A stretch of 64,000 nucleotides of DNA from contig JACKFR010000004.1 of assembly GCA_020632375.1 (NCBI GenBank), positions 1,921 through 65,920 of the forward strand, written 5' to 3'. The notes under the pieces were generated by a model. It did no database searches and had not been told where the DNA came from. It saw only the letters and a program-made list of their open reading frames with translations. Positions 58,930 to 64,000 of this stretch are shown here, piece after piece. Each line of letters opens with the position of its first letter. The stretch's first letter is position 1. A program made the translations under genes and the position numbers. The stretch comes from Candidatus Nomurabacteria bacterium (GTDB lineage Bacteria > Patescibacteriota > Dojkabacteria > SC72 > JAHDCA01).

Positions 58930-59514
58930 ATGCTTTTTCTAGATATTGAGACACAAAACGATTGGGTAAATGGAGATTCATTTAAAATCAAAGATTTAAA
59001 AATTTCATTTGTCGGTGTTATTAATGGAGATACCGGTGAAGAGCTTGGTTTTTGGGAGAAAGAGCTCGATTCTTTAGGCGAATTGCTCCGCAAAGGAGAT
59101 ACTGTTGTACACTATAACGGTTTTACATTTGACATGCCTGTTTTGGCGAATTACCTCGGAGATTCGATCACAGATATTCCTCAGATTGATCTTATGGTTG
59201 CAGCTTATAAAACAATTGGATTTCGCCCGAAGCTAGAGGATTTAGCAATGGCTACTCTTGGACATGGTAAGAACGGGAGCGGTGCTGATGCAGTCAAATA
59301 TTGGGCGGCTGGAGATACGAATAGTCTTCAGAAGCTGAGAGACTATTGTATTCAAGACGTTAGGGTTACAAAAGAGTTATACGAATTTGGCGAGGAAGAA
59401 GGGTATATTAAGTATTACGATCGGAATGGATTCGTAACTGAGGTTCAAATTGATTGGTCAACGGGTGAGAAGATAACTGAGAAGACTAATGTAGATGTCA
59501 TTAGTCTATTCTAG
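58930..59514 (+). CDS. RNase H-fold (DEDD/YprB-like) 3'-5' exonuclease domain protein
   Basis: LFLDIETQ (Exo I), HYNGFTFDMPVL (Exo II) and YCIQDVRVTKELY (Exo III-like). Confidence 0.6.
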   Translation: MLFLDIETQNDWVNGDSFKIKDLKISFVGVINGDTGEELGFWEKELDSLGELLRKGDTVVHYNGFTFDMPVLANYLGDSITDIPQIDLMVAAYKTIGFRPKLEDLAMATLGHGKNGSGADAVKYWAAGDTNSLQKLRDYCIQDVRVTKELYEFGEEEGYIKYYDRNGFVTEVQIDWSTGEKITEKTNVDVISLF

Positions 59515-60594
59515 CTCGATGATCTTTGCATCTTTTAAGAAATTTTTTGGAAATCCTTCTAATGAAATTGTTGTAATGATGACTTGATTGCCTTTTAGAA
59601 CGCTTTCATTTAGTATTTTTCCTGTATTCTCTTTATCAAGTTCAGAAGAGATATCGTCTAATAGCAGAGTTGGACGAAAGCCAACTTTGTCAGACAATAA
59701 ATCTTGAAATATAAATATAAGCCGACCTATTGCCATTCTTTTTTCCCCTCGAGATCCCTGAATTCTTATATCTTTGTCAGTCTGTATTGACCAGTCATCT
59801 CTATGCGGTCCTATATGGGTGTAACCGGTCGCAATGTCTCTTTTCACTGAACTTAGAATTTTTTCATTCGCTAGTTTTATAAGATCTTCGTCTACAGCCA
59901 TCTCTTCAAGTTCATTAAATGCCATTGATGGCTCATATTCGATTCGCATCTCCGATGTTGTAAGCTTTTGAATAAAGTCTTTTCTTGTTTTTGAAATCTT
60001 AATGCAACCTTCTGCAAATACTTTTGTCCAGTAAAGCAGTTGTTGGTCGTTGGCTCTTACTTCAGAGGTCTCATAGAATATCTTTGAAAGCTTTTTCAGA
60101 TAAGAGTTTCTTTGTTTTAAAGCTCTTCTGAGACGCTTGAGATCTTCTGGAAAATCTAAATCGTATCTTGACAGCAAATGGTCTAAGAAATCTCTTCTTT
60201 GTTGAGGAGATATCATTAAAATCTCAATCTGTTCAGGGCTAAAAATGTTTGAAGCAAGATTCTCTGTAAATTTACGCTTGGTAGTTTTAGAGCCGTTTCG
60301 GCTAAAGCTACGCTTCCGATTATCTTGATAAATACCGTAGGTTTCCGTTTCTTTATCTTGTTGTACCCCAAGGTCAATTCTGAAATATGAATTTTCTTTT
60401 TCTTGTTCCTTGCGAAAGAGATGGTTATGATCTGATGTGAAAGGAGAATTTTGGTTTGTTACAAAGTGTATCGCCTCCAGAATTGTACTTTTGCCTTTAG
60501 TGTTCTTAGCTAAGATGATTGTTAGCATTGAGTCTAGATCTAGCTCCAGTTTTTCAAATTGTCTAAAGTTTTGTAGCTTTATAGACTTGATCAT
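59506..60594 (-). CDS. recF: DNA replication and repair protein RecF
   Basis: IKSIKLQNFRQFEKLELD, a P-loop AKNTKGKSTILEAI, the signature-like GSRGEKRMAIGRLIF, and LLLDDISSELD. Confidence 0.85.
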   Translation of the reverse strand: MIKSIKLQNFRQFEKLELDLDSMLTIILAKNTKGKSTILEAIHFVTNQNSPFTSDHNHLFRKEQEKENSYFRIDLGVQQDKETETYGIYQDNRKRSFSRNGSKTTKRKFTENLASNIFSPEQIEILMISPQQRRDFLDHLLSRYDLDFPEDLKRLRRALKQRNSYLKKLSKIFYETSEVRANDQQLLYWTKVFAEGCIKISKTRKDFIQKLTTSEMRIEYEPSMAFNELEEMAVDEDLIKLANEKILSSVKRDIATGYTHIGPHRDDWSIQTDKDIRIQGSRGEKRMAIGRLIFIFQDLLSDKVGFRPTLLLDDISSELDKENTGKILNESVLKGNQVIITTISLEGFPKNFLKDAKIIELE

Positions 60595-60596
60595 TT

Positions 60597-62441
60597 TTAT
60601 GTCTTAAGAATTGCTAAAAAAGCTTCTTGAGGGATCGTGACTTTGCCTATTTCTTTAAGTCTTTTCTTTCCTTTTTTCTGTTTTTCTAGCAGCTTCTTCT
60701 TTCTTGAATAATCTCCGCCATAAAGCTTTGCAGTAACGTCTTTTCTAAAGCCCCGAATATCTTCTCTTGCAATAATTTTTGCTCCAATTGCAGCTTGAAT
60801 CGGCACCTGGAACTGCTGTCGCGGTATTGCATCTTTCATAATTTTAAGTAGCTTTATCGCTCTTGAGCGTGCATCCGCATTTGTCTCTAGAAAACTTAGT
60901 GAGGGAATCTCTTCTTTATTTACCAAGACCGCAACTTTAACTAAATCAACAGGGAAGAAATCGATCATTGTGTATTCCATCGAGGCATATCCGCTAGACA
61001 AATTTTTCATTTGATCAAAAAAATTTGAGATTAGCGACGCAAGGGGCATATCGTATAATAGATTGATATACTGCATATTTTCATGAAGCGTTGTTGACTC
61101 GCTTAAATACTTTGTATCTACATACTGCCCTCGACGACTTTGAAAAAGTTCCATCATGCTACCTATGTACATCTTCGGGCAGAAGAGCTCAACTCTGACC
61201 CAGGGCTCTAAAACTTCTTCTATTTCTGACGGATCGGGCATTTCTTGAGGAGTCTGAATTGTTAACTTTTCTTTGTTTGTCTTTATGATTTTATACTCTA
61301 CTGTCGGTGCTGTAATTATTAGCGAAACATCGTGCTCTCGTTCTAATCTTTCTTGGACTATTTCCATATGAAGCAGACCTAAAAATCCGCATCGGAAACC
61401 CGATCCGAGCAAATTCGATCTCTGCTCGGTAAAAACAAGTGCTGCATCGTTCATCGCAAGTTTGTTTAGCCCTATTTTCAAAGCTTCGTATCCGTCTGGC
61501 TCTGTAGGGAAGAAGGTCGCAAAAACATTTGGCTTGGGTGTTTTATAGCCAGGCAGGGGTGGTGTATCTTCTTTGTCGGATACAGTGTCTCCTACGGTAA
61601 AGTATCTGATATCTTTCATACCTGTTGCAATATAGCCAACTTCTCCTGCCGAAAGTATTGGGATAGGCTTAAGATCTGGCTCAAAAGTACCTATTTCAGT
61701 CGGAGTGAAGCTTTCTTGTTTTTGAATCATAAATAGCTGTTGTAAAGTATGTGAACTACCGTAGCTCTCACCTTCTCTACCGATTTTCCCATCTACTAGT
61801 CTCACAGCAACAATCACACCTCGATGTTCATCGTAGTAAGAATCAAAGATAAGTGCCTTTAATTGGGCTGAAGAGTCTCCGGATGGAGGGGGGCACCTAT
61901 CGATGATTGTATTCAGAAGCTCTTCTATCCCAGCACCGGTCTTTCCAGAAACAAGGCAGATCTCTTTTTTATCAAACCCTAGAAGTTGATGAAGCTCTTC
62001 TTTTCTCTGCTCTAAGTTTATATTGGGAAGGTCGATTTTGTTTATTACTGGGATAATTTTTAATCCTAGGTCTAAGGCTTTCTTGGTGTTTGAGATTGTT
62101 TGAGCCTGGATTCCTTGCTGTGCGTCTACTAAAAGCAAAACACCTTCACAGGCTGCCAATGATCTCGAAACTTCGTATGAGAAGTCTACATGACCAGGAG
62201 TGTCGATTAGGTTTAACTCATGGCCTTTCCACTCCATTCTTGCTGCTTGAAGTTTTATAGTAATGCCTTTCTCTTGTTCCAGCTCTAAGCGGTCAAGGAT
62301 CCGTTCTTTTTTACCTTTTTCCAGTTTAAAGTTATGGGTGATTTCAAGAATCCTGTCTGCGAGAGTTGATTTGCCATGATCAATGTGAGCAATGATCGAA
62401 AAGTTCCTGATTTTTTCTTGTGTGATTCGCTGAGTGCTCAT
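60597..62441 (-). CDS. lepA: Translation elongation factor 4 (LepA)
   Basis: IRNFSIIAHIDHGKSTLADR, DTPGHVDF, NKIDLP, and a LepA-specific C-terminal domain. Confidence 0.97.
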   Translation of the reverse strand: MSTQRITQEKIRNFSIIAHIDHGKSTLADRILEITHNFKLEKGKKERILDRLELEQEKGITIKLQAARMEWKGHELNLIDTPGHVDFSYEVSRSLAACEGVLLLVDAQQGIQAQTISNTKKALDLGLKIIPVINKIDLPNINLEQRKEELHQLLGFDKKEICLVSGKTGAGIEELLNTIIDRCPPPSGDSSAQLKALIFDSYYDEHRGVIVAVRLVDGKIGREGESYGSSHTLQQLFMIQKQESFTPTEIGTFEPDLKPIPILSAGEVGYIATGMKDIRYFTVGDTVSDKEDTPPLPGYKTPKPNVFATFFPTEPDGYEALKIGLNKLAMNDAALVFTEQRSNLLGSGFRCGFLGLLHMEIVQERLEREHDVSLIITAPTVEYKIIKTNKEKLTIQTPQEMPDPSEIEEVLEPWVRVELFCPKMYIGSMMELFQSRRGQYVDTKYLSESTTLHENMQYINLLYDMPLASLISNFFDQMKNLSSGYASMEYTMIDFFPVDLVKVAVLVNKEEIPSLSFLETNADARSRAIKLLKIMKDAIPRQQFQVPIQAAIGAKIIAREDIRGFRKDVTAKLYGGDYSRKKKLLEKQKKGKKRLKEIGKVTIPQEAFLAILKT

Positions 62442-62525
62442 TAAAATGTATAAAATAAAGATGATACAACGGTATTTTATCGTTTAATAAGAATAGAGTC
62501 TATAAAGACAAGGGGATATTCTGAC

Positions 62526-63107
62526 TTATCTATAAAGCTTTATAGCAGATTTGATTCCTATCGAGATTGAATCGTCGAACAAGACATTTGCATTATTGCG
62601 CAGTGTTATAGATATTGGCATAGACTGCCCAGGAGATAGTTTTAGTGTATGGGAGTAGGTCTCACCGTCGGGTGCAGATAAGAAATAGTTTGTACGATTA
62701 TACAAAACCCCTATGAGGGTGTCAGTGCTGTCACTCTTATTTAGAGTAAAGGTAATTTCTTGATCAAAAAGAGTGTTATTGGTGATTGTTAAAATAGGCT
62801 TGTCATAACTTCCTGTTGCTCTTTTTCTGATATATGTACTGTATTCATAGACATTTTCCGATGTTTGGATGAGTTTTTCGTTATACACAACAGGATGAGT
62901 TCCGCCAACTTTCTCTATTAAAACTTTGCTGTCGCTTGTGACACCCAAGACTTCTTGCTTTATAGAATCATTTTGCTTAAATCCAATAGATAGATTCAGG
63001 ACACTTGCTATAGGCAAAATAAACAGCGCAATCATAGCCAATATTGCAAATGGCTCTAGGAATTTACCGTATCGGTTTGCAAATCTCTTTATCTCTCTTT
63101 TGTACAT
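62526..63107 (-). CDS. Hypothetical single-pass membrane protein with a beta-rich ectodomain (193 aa)
   Basis: TM segment FAILAMIALFILPIASVL. I recognise no domain. Confidence 0.5.
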   Translation of the reverse strand: MYKREIKRFANRYGKFLEPFAILAMIALFILPIASVLNLSIGFKQNDSIKQEVLGVTSDSKVLIEKVGGTHPVVYNEKLIQTSENVYEYSTYIRKRATGSYDKPILTITNNTLFDQEITFTLNKSDSTDTLIGVLYNRTNYFLSAPDGETYSHTLKLSPGQSMPISITLRNNANVLFDDSISIGIKSAIKLYR

Positions 63108-63113
63108 GTCTCT

Positions 63114-63665
63114 CTATAAATAGTTATTGTCGTCTTTCGGATAAATTCTAGCAGTTTCCAGTTCAAAAGTCCTGACTAGGCTCCACATGAAAATAATTGA
63201 AATAATAAATGCAGACACCCCGAGCCAAGTAGGGCTAAGCTGTTGTACAGTTTTAGCTACAACTACAGCACAAGTTGAAAAAAGAAAAACATTCCATGTA
63301 AAAACCTTGGGAAAAACTGTTTCTTTATCTGTTACCCATCTAAGAAGGTTAAACTTTGTAAGTTTTACTATTGTTCTCGGGTCACCTTTGCTATGTCTGT
63401 AGAGATTGTATTTGACTAAGATATAAAGATTTATTGCAACCATTGTCCCTAGAAGAACTCCATCTGATATTGAGTTAATGAGAAACTGATTGTGAGCATT
63501 CTCTGTATAAAATGTAACAGTGAAAATGCCTGTTGCAGATGTCTCGGTAAAAATGCTTGCTCCCAGATACCAAGCAGATAAATATATCCCTAATGACTTG
63601 GCTGCAACCATTGTTGCTGCAGGGAGAAATGAATATTTAAGAAGTTTTCTTAGAAGCTTTGACAT
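63114..63665 (-). CDS. Hypothetical polytopic membrane protein (183 aa)
   Basis: Four to five hydrophobic segments. Overlaps the rpsT 3' end by 29 nt. Confidence 0.5.
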   Translation of the reverse strand: MSKLLRKLLKYSFLPAATMVAAKSLGIYLSAWYLGASIFTETSATGIFTVTFYTENAHNQFLINSISDGVLLGTMVAINLYILVKYNLYRHSKGDPRTIVKLTKFNLLRWVTDKETVFPKVFTWNVFLFSTCAVVVAKTVQQLSPTWLGVSAFIISIIFMWSLVRTFELETARIYPKDDNNYL

Positions 63666-63933
63666 CTGGGGCAGATAAACTATTAACTTTTCGACTCAGT
63701 CTTGATTTCTTTCTTGCAGCTGTCTGTATTTTTATTACTCCGGTCTTAGCTGCTTTATCGATTACCTTGTAAAGTCTTGGTAATGATTTTTCTGCTGCGG
63801 CCTGGTCTTCTTCACGAATATACTTTCGCATATCATGCTCGGCATTTCTAAGGCTGCTTCTGCGAGCTCGATTGTACTCTCTTCGCTTTTTGGACTGTCG
63901 TAAGTCTTTAATTGATGTTTTAAGATTTGGCAT
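63637..63933 (-). CDS. rpsT: 30S ribosomal protein S20
   Basis: MPNLKTSIKDLRQSKKRREYNRARRSSLRN… is a typical S20 N-terminus, and the size also fits. Confidence 0.9.
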   Translation of the reverse strand: MPNLKTSIKDLRQSKKRREYNRARRSSLRNAEHDMRKYIREEDQAAAEKSLPRLYKVIDKAAKTGVIKIQTAARKKSRLSRKVNSLSAPDVKASKKTS

Positions 63934-64000
63934 GGCTTGTCTTTAATTATGCCAGATTATATAGGTAATATCAGGGTTTGTAAACCAAATAGGCTCTCTA

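Overview
The window is an AT-rich (judged by eye, not computed), very compact bacterial chromosome segment that uses the standard genetic code: TGA is used as a stop, for example at 948-950 and 3796-3798. Many genes abut or overlap by 1-14 nt, and most starts lack a Shine-Dalgarno sequence.

Gene content suggests a Patescibacteria/CPR-like organism. The evidence is a DUF4012-type giant envelope protein, a PEGA protein, RNase J, a short HrcA, a short ValRS, PilN/PilO-like genes and many single-pass orphan membrane proteins. This lineage call is inference only.

About 90% of the window is core housekeeping:
- Transcription and translation: rpoB-rpoC-rpsL-rpsG, rplY, rpsT, lepA, valS, metG, rpoD.
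- Replication, repair and division: dnaG, ftsK, recF.
- Chaperones: hrcA-grpE-dnaK, groES-groEL.
- One-carbon and Fe-S metabolism: folD-glyA-sufS-sufU.
- Other: rnj, murJ, comF.

Regulatory RNA and DNA elements I can read directly are a T-box leader with terminator upstream of valS, and degenerate CIRCE-type operators (TTAGCA-N15-TGCTA[A/G]) in front of hrcA and groES.

The only clearly accessory region is the left ~5 kb. It holds a small integrative-element module: an iteron and inverted-repeat region, a phage RepO-like gene, a 73-aa ORF and a frameshifted large serine recombinase. The module ends at a tRNA-Ser(GGA) whose 3' 17 nt are duplicated inside the recombinase ORF. On the other side of the tRNA sits a translationally coupled pair of orphan genes (189 and 396 aa) in which I recognise no domain. 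That pair is my best candidate for an undescribed system, but I cannot assign it a function from sequence alone.

I saw no CRISPR array, rRNA or transposase.
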